From NCBI GenBank assembly GCA_050013695.1, contig JBEKET010000013.1, positions 17,917-81,916 of the forward strand: a stretch of 64,000 bases of DNA, in the 5' to 3' direction. The first letter of the stretch is position 1. Every line of letters starts with the position of its first letter. Source of the stretch: Terracidiphilus sp. (GTDB taxonomy: Bacteria; Acidobacteriota; Terriglobia; Terriglobales; Acidobacteriaceae). A model generated the notes under the pieces. It was given only the letters and a program-made list of their open reading frames with translations, did not search any database and had not been told where the DNA came from. Of this stretch, positions 44,662 to 54,309 are shown piece by piece. The translations under genes and the position numbers were made by a program.

Positions 44662-47001
44662 ATGAAGAAGCAAAAGTCCGCTGTCGCCGTTAAGTCCCGC
44701 AAAGCCGCTCCCTCCTATAAGGATGCCAAGTTGCCCTCTGCAAAACGCGTGAAGGATTTGCTTGCGCGGATGACGCTGGAGGAAAAAGCTGCCCAGATGA
44801 TGTGCGTCTGGCAATCGAAGGCCCAGACTATGCTGGATGCCGAAGGTAACTTCGATCTTCAAAAAGCAAAGAAATCGTTTCGCGACGGGCGCGGACTAGG
44901 GCAGGTGGGCCGGCCCAGCGATGCCGGCGGCGGCAAGAAAGCCCGTGAGATGGCCGTGCTGACCAACGAAATCCAGAAGTTCTTCCTCGAAAACAGCCGC
45001 CTGGGCATTCCTGTGATGTTTCACGAGGAGTGCCTGCATGGCCACGCTGCTCCGGATGGCACCAGCTTTCCGCAGCCCATCGCCCTCGGCGCAACCTTCA
45101 ATCCCGAACTGGTTGAGTCGCTGTTTACCATGACGGCTCTCGAAGCGCGCCTGCGCGGCGCTCACCATGCTCTGACTCCGGTTGTCGATGTGGCGCGCGA
45201 ACCTCGCTGGGGCCGCGTCGAAGAGACTTACGGCGAAGATCCCTACCTGGTTTCGCGGTTGGGCATCGCGGCGGTGCGCGGTTTCCAGGGCGACGCAACA
45301 TTCAAGGATAAGAGCCATGTACTGGCCACGCTCAAGCACTTTGTGGGTCACGGCCAGCCGGAATCCGGAATGAACTGCGCCCCGGCCAATGTCTCCCTGC
45401 GCATGTTGCAGGAGACATTCCTTTACACATTCAAAGAAGCGTTGCGCGAAGCCGGAGCGGTGACCCTGATGGCATCGTACAACGAAATCGACGGCGTGCC
45501 GTCGCATGCCAACAAGTGGCTGCTGCGCGATGTGCTGCGCAAGGAGTGGGGCTTCAAGGGGTTTGTGGTTTCTGATTATTACGCCATCTGGGAGCTTGGA
45601 TATCGGCCCGATACGCACGGCCACTTCGTCGCCAAAGACAAGAAGGAATCGTGCAAGCTGGCGGTGGAAGCGGGCGTCAACATCGAGCTGCCCGATCCCG
45701 ACTGCTACCTGCACCTGGTCGAGTTGGTAAAGAAAGGCGTGCTCAAGGAATCGCAGCTCGATGACCTGGTCGCGCCCATGCTTTTCTGGAAATTCGAGAT
45801 GGGGTTGTTCGACGACCCCTACGTCGATCCCGATGAGGCGGACCGCGTGGTGAGCTGCGATGAGCATCGCGGCCTGGCGCTCAAAGCGGCCCATGAATCC
45901 ATAACTATGCTGAAGAACGAAGGCGGCATCGCCCCGCTCGATCTCAGCGCCATCAAGACCATCGCCGTGATCGGGCCCAATGCGGATCGCGCCCTTCTGG
46001 GCGGATACAGTGGCGTGCCGAAGCAAAACATCACGGTGCTCGAAGGCATTCGGGATAAGGTTCAGGAAAAAGTCGGCAAGAAGGCAAAGGTCCTCTATAG
46101 CGAGGGCTGCAAGATCACCATCGGCGGCTCGTGGAACCAGGACGAAGTGGTGCCCAGCGATCCTGAAGAGGATCGCAAGCAGATTGCCGAAGCCGTGCGC
46201 GTGGCAAAGAAAGCCGACGTGATTGTGCTGGCGATTGGCGGGAATGAGCAGACCTCGCGCGAGGCCTGGATGCTCAATCACATGGGCGACCGCACCAGCC
46301 TCGACCTGATTGGACGCCAGGAAGAACTGGTGAAGGCGATGGTTGCGCTGGGCAAGCCGGTCATTGTTTTCCTCTTCAACGGCAGGCCGCTTTCCATCAA
46401 CTATGTCGCCGAAAATGTCCCGGTGATTTACGAGTGCTGGTATCTCGGCCAGGAGAACGGGCGCGCCGTTGCCGATGTGCTGTTTGGCGATTACAACCCC
46501 GGCGGCAAGCTCCCGATTTCGGTGCCGCGTTCGGTAGGTCACCTGCCGGTTTTCTATAACTACAAGCCATCGGCTCGGCGCGGATACCTGTTCGACGATG
46601 TCTCTCCGCTGTTTGCTTTCGGCTATGGGTTGAGTTACACGACCTTCAAAATCGAAAACCCCAGGCTGACAAAGAAGAAGATTCGGACCGATGGCAAGAC
46701 GCAACTTGCTGTGGATGTAACCAACACCGGCAAGCGCGCGGGCGCTGAGGTGGTGCAGCTCTACATCCGCGATCTCGTCAGTTCCGTGACGCGGCCGATC
46801 AAGGAGCTCAAAGGATTCCGAAAAGTCCAGCTCGAGCCGGGTGAGAGCACCACGGTCACTTTCGATATCACGCCGGCGGAGCTTTCCTTCTTCGATGTGA
46901 ACATGAAGTATGTTGTGGAACCCGGAGATTTCGAATTGATGGTTGGTAACTCATCCCGGGATGCGGATCTGACCAAACTAACTCTCCGAGTTACTGAATA
47001 G
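44662..47001 (+). CDS. GH3 beta-glucosidase/beta-xylosidase with Fn3-like C-terminal domain
   Basis: SRLGIP...HEECLHG, WGRVEETYGEDP, KHFVGHG, VVSDY nucleophile, FGYGLSYT, GAEVVQLYI. Confidence 0.95.
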   Translation: MKKQKSAVAVKSRKAAPSYKDAKLPSAKRVKDLLARMTLEEKAAQMMCVWQSKAQTMLDAEGNFDLQKAKKSFRDGRGLGQVGRPSDAGGGKKAREMAVLTNEIQKFFLENSRLGIPVMFHEECLHGHAAPDGTSFPQPIALGATFNPELVESLFTMTALEARLRGAHHALTPVVDVAREPRWGRVEETYGEDPYLVSRLGIAAVRGFQGDATFKDKSHVLATLKHFVGHGQPESGMNCAPANVSLRMLQETFLYTFKEALREAGAVTLMASYNEIDGVPSHANKWLLRDVLRKEWGFKGFVVSDYYAIWELGYRPDTHGHFVAKDKKESCKLAVEAGVNIELPDPDCYLHLVELVKKGVLKESQLDDLVAPMLFWKFEMGLFDDPYVDPDEADRVVSCDEHRGLALKAAHESITMLKNEGGIAPLDLSAIKTIAVIGPNADRALLGGYSGVPKQNITVLEGIRDKVQEKVGKKAKVLYSEGCKITIGGSWNQDEVVPSDPEEDRKQIAEAVRVAKKADVIVLAIGGNEQTSREAWMLNHMGDRTSLDLIGRQEELVKAMVALGKPVIVFLFNGRPLSINYVAENVPVIYECWYLGQENGRAVADVLFGDYNPGGKLPISVPRSVGHLPVFYNYKPSARRGYLFDDVSPLFAFGYGLSYTTFKIENPRLTKKKIRTDGKTQLAVDVTNTGKRAGAEVVQLYIRDLVSSVTRPIKELKGFRKVQLEPGESTTVTFDITPAELSFFDVNMKYVVEPGDFELMVGNSSRDADLTKLTLRVTE

Positions 47002-47083
47002 GCAAAACAATAGGCCCCGCGAGGTAATGCGGGCAGGATGTAGGCAGTTCCGCTGCGACGAAATAGCAGCGGCGCTCCACAGA

Positions 47084-47099
47084 TTGAAAAAGGTTTCAA
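47084..47099. promoter_or_regulatory. LacI-like palindromic operator upstream of the sugar transporter
   Basis: TTGAAA-AAGG-TTTCAA inverted repeat, about 40 bp upstream of the ATG. Confidence 0.5.
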
Positions 47100-47136
47100 A
47101 AGATTCTCGACTGGAAGTGAAAGTGGGTTGAAATCG

Positions 47137-48507
47137 ATGACAGAGATCAGTGCAAGACTCCCATTTGCTGAAAAATTCGGATATGGCCTTGGCGACCTGG
47201 CCGCCAATTTTGTCTTTCAGGCATTGATGGTTCTGCAGTTGGACTTTTACACCAAAACATATGGGTTGACGCCATTTCAGGCGGGCACCATGTTTCTTGT
47301 GGTCGGTCTGGGCTCAGCGGTTTTCAACCCCATCATGGGTGTCATTGCCGACCGCACAAACACGCGCTGGGGCAAGTTCCGTCCCTGGCTGCTTTGGACA
47401 TCGGTTCCTTTTGGCGTCATTGGGATACTGACCTTTACCACGCCTAACTTCAGTCCTGCCGGCAAGCTGATCTATGCGTGGACCACTTACCTGCTGCTCC
47501 GTCTTATCTACGCCGCCAACAATGTGCCGTATGCCTCGCTGACCGGCGTCATGACCGCCGATCCCAATGAACGCAACAGCATTGCATCCTATCGCCAGAT
47601 GTTTGCCAATAGCGCGGGATTCATCGTGGGCAGCCTGGCGGTTCCAATGGTAGCTTTCCTGGGTCATGGAAACAGCGCGTTAGGTTATCAGCTGACGATG
47701 GGCAGTTTTCTGGGACTCTCCGTAATCTTTTTCCTGATCGCGTTTGCCGTGTCCAAGGAACGGATTCAGCCCGACGCGCAGCAAAAGACCTCCGTGGCCC
47801 GCGATCTCGGCGACCTGGTACAGAATGGCCCGTGGATTACTTTGTTCCTGGTCACGGTCTTTTATTTCACAGCATTGCTCATTCGCAACAACGTGATGCT
47901 CCCCTACTTTGAAAACTGCGCCGGCAGCAGGATCCTATTCAGTTGGTTCAGCGGCTTTGGGTTGATTGCGCTTTTAGTCGGCGTTGCATGTTCCACTGCC
48001 CTGACCAAGCGCATCGGCAAGCGGATGCTTTTCTTCTGGAGCATGTTGCTGACCGGCGTCCTGTGTATTGCTCTGTTCTTTTTCCCTCCCACGGCTATTG
48101 TTCCGATTATTGGTCTCGAAGTCCTGCGCCAATTTGTATTTGGTTGCTCAGGACCAGTGCTGTGGTCCATGATGGGCGACGTGGCCGATTTCGGCGAATG
48201 GAAGTTGGGCCGCCGCGCAACCGCCACCGTAACTTCCGGGATTGTGTTTGCCCTGTGGGTTGGCGTAGCCATCGGTGGCGCCATCGCATCGTGGTTGCTC
48301 TCCCTCTATGGCTACGAGCCCAAGATTGCTGTGCAGTCTCCGGAGGCGCTGCTCGGCATTCGTCTCACCGCCTCCGTCTACGCCGGTGGGGCGTTTATAG
48401 CCGCTGCGGTCTGCCTGCTCTTCTATGGCATCTCAATGAAGCTCAACATGACCATTTCGCACGATCTCACCGAGCGGCGCAAGGGCTATTCGTCCAACCC
48501 CTCTTAG
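47137..48507 (+). CDS. GPH-family (glycoside-pentoside-hexuronide) MFS symporter, probable xyloside uptake
   Basis: EKFGYGLGD, GVIADRTNTRWGKFRPWLL, NVPYASL, MMGDVADFGEW. Confidence 0.92.
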   Translation: MTEISARLPFAEKFGYGLGDLAANFVFQALMVLQLDFYTKTYGLTPFQAGTMFLVVGLGSAVFNPIMGVIADRTNTRWGKFRPWLLWTSVPFGVIGILTFTTPNFSPAGKLIYAWTTYLLLRLIYAANNVPYASLTGVMTADPNERNSIASYRQMFANSAGFIVGSLAVPMVAFLGHGNSALGYQLTMGSFLGLSVIFFLIAFAVSKERIQPDAQQKTSVARDLGDLVQNGPWITLFLVTVFYFTALLIRNNVMLPYFENCAGSRILFSWFSGFGLIALLVGVACSTALTKRIGKRMLFFWSMLLTGVLCIALFFFPPTAIVPIIGLEVLRQFVFGCSGPVLWSMMGDVADFGEWKLGRRATATVTSGIVFALWVGVAIGGAIASWLLSLYGYEPKIAVQSPEALLGIRLTASVYAGGAFIAAAVCLLFYGISMKLNMTISHDLTERRKGYSSNPS

Positions 48508-48623
48508 GTCGCGGTGATCACTCCAGCCGTATCGAAAATCGAGATGCGGCTGCTGTGCCTCTTCAGAATGCTGATTTTATGTTTGCGTTATCATGATTCA
48601 TACGCCTTGGGAGCAATAGGGAA

Positions 48624-49745
48624 ATGCAAAGACGGCTATTCATCACGGTTTTGTTTCTAATCGGGACGAGTGTTATGGCGCAGGCTCCCACCACACTCAA
48701 GGACGCGTATCGCGGTGTGTTTCATATCGGTGCGGCCATCAATGAAGCTGAAAGCACCGGAAGCGATGTCCGTGGCGCGGCAATTGCCGCAACACAATTC
48801 GATTCGATCTCGCCGGAGAACTGCTTGAAGTGGGAACGGGTTCATCCCAGGCCGGATACTTATGCGTTTGAACTCGCCGACAAGTACGTCGAATTCGGCG
48901 AGAAGAATCACATGTTTATTGTCGGTCACAACCTGGTCTGGCATAGCCAGACTCCGAGTTGGGTTTTCGAAGACGATAAAGGCAAGCCGCTGACTCGCGA
49001 TGCGCTCTTGAAGCGGATGCATGACCATATTCTTACGGTCGTGGGCCGCTACAAAGGTCGCATTCAGAGCTGGGACGTGGTCAACGAAGCGCTCAACGAG
49101 GATGGGACCCTGCGCCAGTCAAAGTGGTTGCAGATCATCGGAGATGACTTCATTGAGAAGGCCTTTCAGTATGCGCATGAAGCCGATCCCCAGGCCCAGC
49201 TGACCTACAACGATTACGGGTTGGAAAGTGAAGCCAAGCGCAAAGGCGCGCTCGCAATCATTGCCAAACTCAAAGCTGCCGGAATCCCAATCACGTCCGT
49301 CGGAATCCAGGATCACGACAGTCTCGAATACCCTTCGGTTGAAGTTGAAGACGCCACCATCTCCGAATTTGCACAAGCCGGCGTCAAAGTGGCAATCACC
49401 GAGCTGGACATCGATGTGCTGCCGCGAGATCCAAACATGCACAGCGCCGACGTCGCGTTAAAGCTGCAGCAGGATCCGAAGATGAATCCATACGTCAACG
49501 GCTTGCCCCCCGCCATCGAGCAGAAACTGGCCAAGCGCTATGCTGATCTGTTCGCAGTCTTCGTGAAGCATCGCGACACTGTCACGCGGGTGACGTTGTG
49601 GGGCGTCACGGATCAGGATTCATGGCTGAACAACTGGCCGGTGAAAGGGCGCACCAGCTATCCGCTGCTATTCGATCGCAACGATCAGCCCAAGCCTGCG
49701 TTTCAGGCAGTCATCGGGGTTGCAGAGAGCGCCAGGAAACAATAG
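48624..49745 (+). CDS. GH10 endo-1,4-beta-xylanase, secreted
   Basis: ENCLKW, GHNLVWHSQ, WDVVNE (acid/base), ITELD (nucleophile), TLWG; signal peptide. Confidence 0.97.
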   Translation: MQRRLFITVLFLIGTSVMAQAPTTLKDAYRGVFHIGAAINEAESTGSDVRGAAIAATQFDSISPENCLKWERVHPRPDTYAFELADKYVEFGEKNHMFIVGHNLVWHSQTPSWVFEDDKGKPLTRDALLKRMHDHILTVVGRYKGRIQSWDVVNEALNEDGTLRQSKWLQIIGDDFIEKAFQYAHEADPQAQLTYNDYGLESEAKRKGALAIIAKLKAAGIPITSVGIQDHDSLEYPSVEVEDATISEFAQAGVKVAITELDIDVLPRDPNMHSADVALKLQQDPKMNPYVNGLPPAIEQKLAKRYADLFAVFVKHRDTVTRVTLWGVTDQDSWLNNWPVKGRTSYPLLFDRNDQPKPAFQAVIGVAESARKQ

Positions 49746-49861
49746 CCTCCAGCGCTCTAAAATGCCACAGAGGGCCGACGGAATTCAGAAGCTGTAGAGG
49801 CCAGTGCGGCGCGCGGGGCCAGCAAACCGATATTGCACTCTCATAATCAACTTGCGGTCGT

Positions 49862-51208
49862 TTATTCGTCGTTGAAAATCTGGAATTCGCGAATGGCGGC
49901 AGCGTCGGTGCTTGACAGAATATTCAAGCGAACCCGGTTGGCGGTCACGCGGGTAAAGCTGTCGACCTTCTTGTGGCCGATGGCTTCGGCGGCAGCAACG
50001 GTTTTCCAACTTGTTCCATTCCATACATCGACGGAGTATTTCTGAATGCGCTGGCCGTCGTTGAGCCATTCCATCGTAACCGTGCGGTTAAAGGTTATAG
50101 GTTTGGAAAAGCTCACTTCGAGAGTCGAGTGATGAGAGCCGGCGGGTGCGCTCCAGAAGGTGTCCGGGTCACCGTCGAGCGCAGCGGAGACTTCGACTGA
50201 AGTCGGCGTATGGCCCAGCGCAAGATTGTGCGCAGCGCGCGCGCGGAGCGCATCGCCAAATTCCTCAAGGCGCGCTACGTCGCTCGCAGGGAGCAGGCCG
50301 CGGCGATCGGGAGCCAGGCCCAGCATCAACTGCGCGCCGCGGCCAACCGTCTCATCGTAAGTTGCGAGCAGCTCCTTCAAGCTCTTAAGCGAAGCTTCAT
50401 CATCGGGATGCCAGAACCAATGGCCTTTGCGAAGCGGCGTATCCGCTTCCACCGGCCGCCAGCGAAGGTAGCCATGGCGATCGATAACGTTCCAGTTTTC
50501 ATAGGGGACACGGCCGTCTTCGTTCCCCACCCAGCGCGCGTCGCCGTATTCAAAGAGTCCGGTGTCGGCGAAGACGATCGTGTTGGGCTGATAAGTGCGC
50601 AGAGTTTCAATAATCTTCTCGAAGTTATAGACGTGACCCTCGCTGCCCGCGCCATCCAGCCAGAATTCGACCAGGTCGCCATAACTCGAAGCAAGTTCGG
50701 AAAGCTCCGCCTGGTAGTAAGTGTCATACGCGGCCGAGTCTTTGTACTTCGGCTCGTGACGATCCCATGGCGAGAGATAGACACCGAACCTCAGGCCATA
50801 TTTGCGCGCTGCATTGGCAACTTCGCGCACCACATCGCCTTTGCCATTCTTCCATTTGCTTGATTTCACGCTGTAACTTGTCTGCCCCGTAGGCCAGAGG
50901 CAAAAGCCATCGTGATGCTTGGCGACCAGCACAACATACTTTGCGCCTGAGTCGCGGATGGCCTTCATCCATTGGTCGGGATCGAACTCGGTGGGGTTGA
51001 AAACCGAAGGATCGGCTGTTCCGTCTCCCCACTCGCGATCGAGGAATGTGTTGGTGGAGAAGTGGATGATGACGCCAAACTCCAGGTCCTGCCACGCGGT
51101 TTGTTGCGGCGAAGGCTTGACGTCAGAGAAACTCTGGGCGCATGAAGTGAAAGCGCAGAGAGACAATGCGAGACCGGCGCTCAGCCAAACATTGCAAGAG
51201 GATTTCAT
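49862..51208 (-). CDS. GH29 alpha-L-fucosidase + F5/8-type C domain
   Basis: AKHHDGFCLW, GVYLSPWD, EFWLDGA; C-terminal IGHK...IREF module. ATG 51208 after GGAG. Confidence 0.92.
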   Translation of the reverse strand: MKSSCNVWLSAGLALSLCAFTSCAQSFSDVKPSPQQTAWQDLEFGVIIHFSTNTFLDREWGDGTADPSVFNPTEFDPDQWMKAIRDSGAKYVVLVAKHHDGFCLWPTGQTSYSVKSSKWKNGKGDVVREVANAARKYGLRFGVYLSPWDRHEPKYKDSAAYDTYYQAELSELASSYGDLVEFWLDGAGSEGHVYNFEKIIETLRTYQPNTIVFADTGLFEYGDARWVGNEDGRVPYENWNVIDRHGYLRWRPVEADTPLRKGHWFWHPDDEASLKSLKELLATYDETVGRGAQLMLGLAPDRRGLLPASDVARLEEFGDALRARAAHNLALGHTPTSVEVSAALDGDPDTFWSAPAGSHHSTLEVSFSKPITFNRTVTMEWLNDGQRIQKYSVDVWNGTSWKTVAAAEAIGHKKVDSFTRVTANRVRLNILSSTDAAAIREFQIFNDE

Positions 51209-51253
51209 CGCTTCTTCTCCAGGCAACGGGCTTTCCTCAGCCCGCAGTTTTCT

Positions 51254-52306
51254 TCAACGTCGATGGGGAAGAAATGTCCAGATTGCAGGGTCTTCTTCGC
51301 CCAGAACCCACGAACAGAAGCCTTGCAGCCCGTTCTTCTGGATGAGTTCATAGCGATCCTTGAAGGTGTGCAGGTCGGTGAAGAAGATCCATTCACGCAT
51401 CTGGTCGCGATAGAAGTAGAAGTACGCGCTGTGATCTTCTTCATCCCACTGGATCTTGCCGTTGTAAGATGCGGCAAGCTGCAGAGCGTTCGCGCCGCCG
51501 ATATAATCCGCGGTTGGATTCGGCTTCTCCTCGGCAGTTTCGCTCGCCTTGGTGGGGGCGCCTGCGAACCAGTGGTAACCGTAGAGTGGAATGCCCAGCG
51601 AAAGCTTTTCTTTGGGCACGACCTTGAGTGCGTAATCGAGATTCTCAACCGTCCATCCCCACCCTGCCACTGGACCGGGCACAGTCCAGCGGGTGTGCTG
51701 GTCATAGGTCATCAGGCAGACCAGGTCAACGTACTTGGCAATTTCGGCAACGTCGTAAGCACCGCGCCAATCGGTGTAGATCCACTTGGCAAAGCCGCCA
51801 GCGCCGGGATACCCAGGAGCGTTGGGCACCGTGGCAATGGTCAGTTGCAAGCCGGCCTTGTGCATCGCTTCTGCTGAGGTCTTCACCACTTCAGTGAGCC
51901 GGTCGCGATCGACCCAATCAATATTTTCGAAGTCGAACTGAAACCCAGTGTAGCCATGCAGTTTCGACTCGCGAATCATGGCCTCGTTCATAACGGCTTG
52001 AGCGCCGCTGTTCAAAGCCAGCGCATGAAATCCCTTCTTGTTGAACAAAGCAATGATCGGCATCACCGGCAGCTTTTCATCCTGTGCCCGCTTAAGCACC
52101 GCGGGATCGGGAGCTCCGGTCACCAGTCCGTTTTCGTCCACGCTGTACCAGGTGGGCACCAGCAAATCGATCTGCGAGGAATGAGCGAAAAAGGAACGGA
52201 TCGAGTCAGGGTTCGAGGTCATGTAAAAGAGCGCGACTGGTTGTGAACAGAGACAGGGAACTGCCGCGAGAAGAACCAGAGTTGCAAGAAGGAACCTTTT
52301 CATCAT
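51254..52306 (-). CDS. GH18-family glycoside hydrolase, secreted
   Basis: GFQFDFE, LMTYDQH, GPVA, LGIPLYGY, WVLGEED. ATG 52306 after AGGAGA. Confidence 0.85.
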   Translation of the reverse strand: MMKRFLLATLVLLAAVPCLCSQPVALFYMTSNPDSIRSFFAHSSQIDLLVPTWYSVDENGLVTGAPDPAVLKRAQDEKLPVMPIIALFNKKGFHALALNSGAQAVMNEAMIRESKLHGYTGFQFDFENIDWVDRDRLTEVVKTSAEAMHKAGLQLTIATVPNAPGYPGAGGFAKWIYTDWRGAYDVAEIAKYVDLVCLMTYDQHTRWTVPGPVAGWGWTVENLDYALKVVPKEKLSLGIPLYGYHWFAGAPTKASETAEEKPNPTADYIGGANALQLAASYNGKIQWDEEDHSAYFYFYRDQMREWIFFTDLHTFKDRYELIQKNGLQGFCSWVLGEEDPAIWTFLPHRR

Positions 52307-52382
52307 TCTCCTATTGAGAGCGCTGTGCATACTCTTGATTCTTTCTCGTTGATCTGTTTCTGTCGATATACCGGATGCAGCC

Positions 52383-53228
52383 CTACTGCGCCGCAGGTGC
52401 CGTCTCGACCTGTTGCGCAACGTCCAGCACAATGCCTTCCGTGGCCATTCCGGTCGCGGGAAACAGCGCCTGTGCATCTCGAAGCATTCCATCGAGAAAT
52501 GTGTCGTTGTGATCCGGATCGTGATGGAAGAGCAGCAGGCGGCCAACTTCCGCGCCTTGAGCCGCCTGGGCCGCGTGGGCAAAACTGGAATGCCCCCACC
52601 CCACTTTGCCGGCATACTCTTCAGGCGTGTATTGCGCGTCCATCACCAGCAAATCCGCATGTTCCGCCACGCGAATCAGGCCCGCGTCGACTTCCGGATT
52701 GCCGTGCTCATGATCTGCGGCGTGCACCAGTACATGCCCGTTCGACTGCGCGCGATACCCCACTGCGCCCTGTGGATGGAAAAGAGGGAAGGCTTCCACC
52801 GCGATCGGTCCAGCCTGAAAAGGCTCGCCACATTCAATGTGCCGGAACTCTGTTCGGGATCCAGCCTCAGCGAAGGGCAGAGGAAAGAACGGATAATCCA
52901 TCTGGACCTCGATGAGGTTCCGCGCCTCATCGGCAGGACGATTCGTGTAGAACGTGATCTCCACGCCCGGCCGGAACAACGGTGCGAAATATGGCAGGCC
53001 CTGGATGTGGTCCCAATGAAAGTGCGTCAGCATGATATGAATGCGCGACACCTGGCGCTGCAAAAGCTCCTCACCCAATGCGCGAATGCCGCTGCCGCAG
53101 TCAATGACGACGGCCTCGTTTGCGCTGGCACAGCCAATCTCCAGGCAGGTCGTATTGCCGCCGTAGCGAAGCCGGTTCGCCTCCGGTGTTGGGATTGACC
53201 CGCGCACTCCCCAGAACCTCAGATTCAT
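52383..53228 (-). CDS. MBL-fold metallo-hydrolase (phosphodiesterase-like)
   Basis: LRFWGVRGSIP, YGGNTTC, DCGSG, THFHWDHIQG, DHE, GHS, FHHDP. ATG 53228. Confidence 0.88.
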   Translation of the reverse strand: MNLRFWGVRGSIPTPEANRLRYGGNTTCLEIGCASANEAVVIDCGSGIRALGEELLQRQVSRIHIMLTHFHWDHIQGLPYFAPLFRPGVEITFYTNRPADEARNLIEVQMDYPFFPLPFAEAGSRTEFRHIECGEPFQAGPIAVEAFPLFHPQGAVGYRAQSNGHVLVHAADHEHGNPEVDAGLIRVAEHADLLVMDAQYTPEEYAGKVGWGHSSFAHAAQAAQGAEVGRLLLFHHDPDHNDTFLDGMLRDAQALFPATGMATEGIVLDVAQQVETAPAAQ

Positions 53229-53580
53229 CGCGAACTTCTCTTTCGATCCAGAGATTGCTATTCGCTTTCGCCGGAAGCCATTCCGCCTGAGAGCAGTTGC
53301 CTCCCAGGCCCGCCCGCACGAAAGCCAATCACAGGCTCTAATGTATACGCTCGAAGGATGAGGAGTGGAGCATAAAGCATTCCGCGGCTGATGGACAAGG
53401 GTCTTGAAACGCAGGCGGCCGTCCGCCCGGATCGCCCGCCCAAAAAACTCTTCTCCCCTTTTCCTGTTCCATGGCGTTATCATGGGGCGTTACTCCCCCG
53501 GGAATGAACGAACAGGATGCGCCGCGGATTGTTTTGAGAGAGGTTACAGGCTGAACTCCCTACCGTGGCAGAGAGGTCAT

Positions 53581-54273
53581 ATGCGAAGACAACTGCTTTT
53601 GTTGGTCACGCTTTTCGGAGTGGCGTTGCCGGGGATCATGGCAGCGCAGGACTCCGCAGGTGTAAGCCTCATCTCGATTACGGTTGAGAAGAAGGCCGGC
53701 GACTGGGTCCAAACGGTCGATCCCAAGCATGTTTTTGCCGCGGGCGATACGGTGAGATTCCGGCTGAAACCCGCGGTGGATGGCTATCTCTACGTGCTGG
53801 ATCTAAATACTTCAGGGAAATACGACGTATTATTTCCGCGTCCTGAGACCGGCAACGACAACCGGATTGTGCATGGCCGCGAATACCTGATGCCGGCCAC
53901 GGACAATGGCTGGTTCGAGGTTTCCGGGCCGCCGGGATTTGAAAAGCTCTACTTCGTTCTCAGTCCCGCAACCCTGACCCTGGGGCAGTTACAGAGCCGC
54001 ACAGGCTCGCTGCCTCCGCAGGGAACCGCTCCTGCCACCATGACCCCGCGATGCAATGACGCAATCTTCAAGGCGCGCGGCGAATGCGTTGACGCGGGTG
54101 CGGGACCGAAAGCGGTTGCACCGGGAGAAACTCTGCCACGCGACCTGATCCAGGTGGAGAATCAGGCATCCCGGGACCTGAAGTTCACCAATAATGCGTC
54201 GGGCACTACGGTGACCAGCGGTACGCCGTTGTCGGGCCCTGTGGTGTACGAGTTCCTGCTTGCACACAAGTGA
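53581..54273 (+). CDS. Secreted DUF4384-like protein
   Basis: Signal peptide; F.AGD.VRFRL..AVDGYLYVL...G...VLFP, G.PGFEKLYFVLS pattern recognised as DUF4384-like. Confidence 0.7.
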   Translation: MRRQLLLLVTLFGVALPGIMAAQDSAGVSLISITVEKKAGDWVQTVDPKHVFAAGDTVRFRLKPAVDGYLYVLDLNTSGKYDVLFPRPETGNDNRIVHGREYLMPATDNGWFEVSGPPGFEKLYFVLSPATLTLGQLQSRTGSLPPQGTAPATMTPRCNDAIFKARGECVDAGAGPKAVAPGETLPRDLIQVENQASRDLKFTNNASGTTVTSGTPLSGPVVYEFLLAHK

Positions 54274-54309
54274 TCAACCTGAAGAAAAGCATCAATTGGG
54301 GCTCGAGTT

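Noticed and set aside
44411-44665. 84-aa ORF in the GH3 leader
   Set aside because: No motif, weak RBS, Pro/Arg-rich composition typical of spurious ORFs.
44896-46704. 602-aa ORF antisense to the GH3 gene
   Set aside because: Antisense shadow with no recognisable domain; similar shadows at 333-1367, 36800-37837 and 57243-58379 rejected likewise.
48524-48552. Stem-loop between transporter and xylanase
   Set aside because: No U-tract; at most an mRNA-stabilising hairpin.
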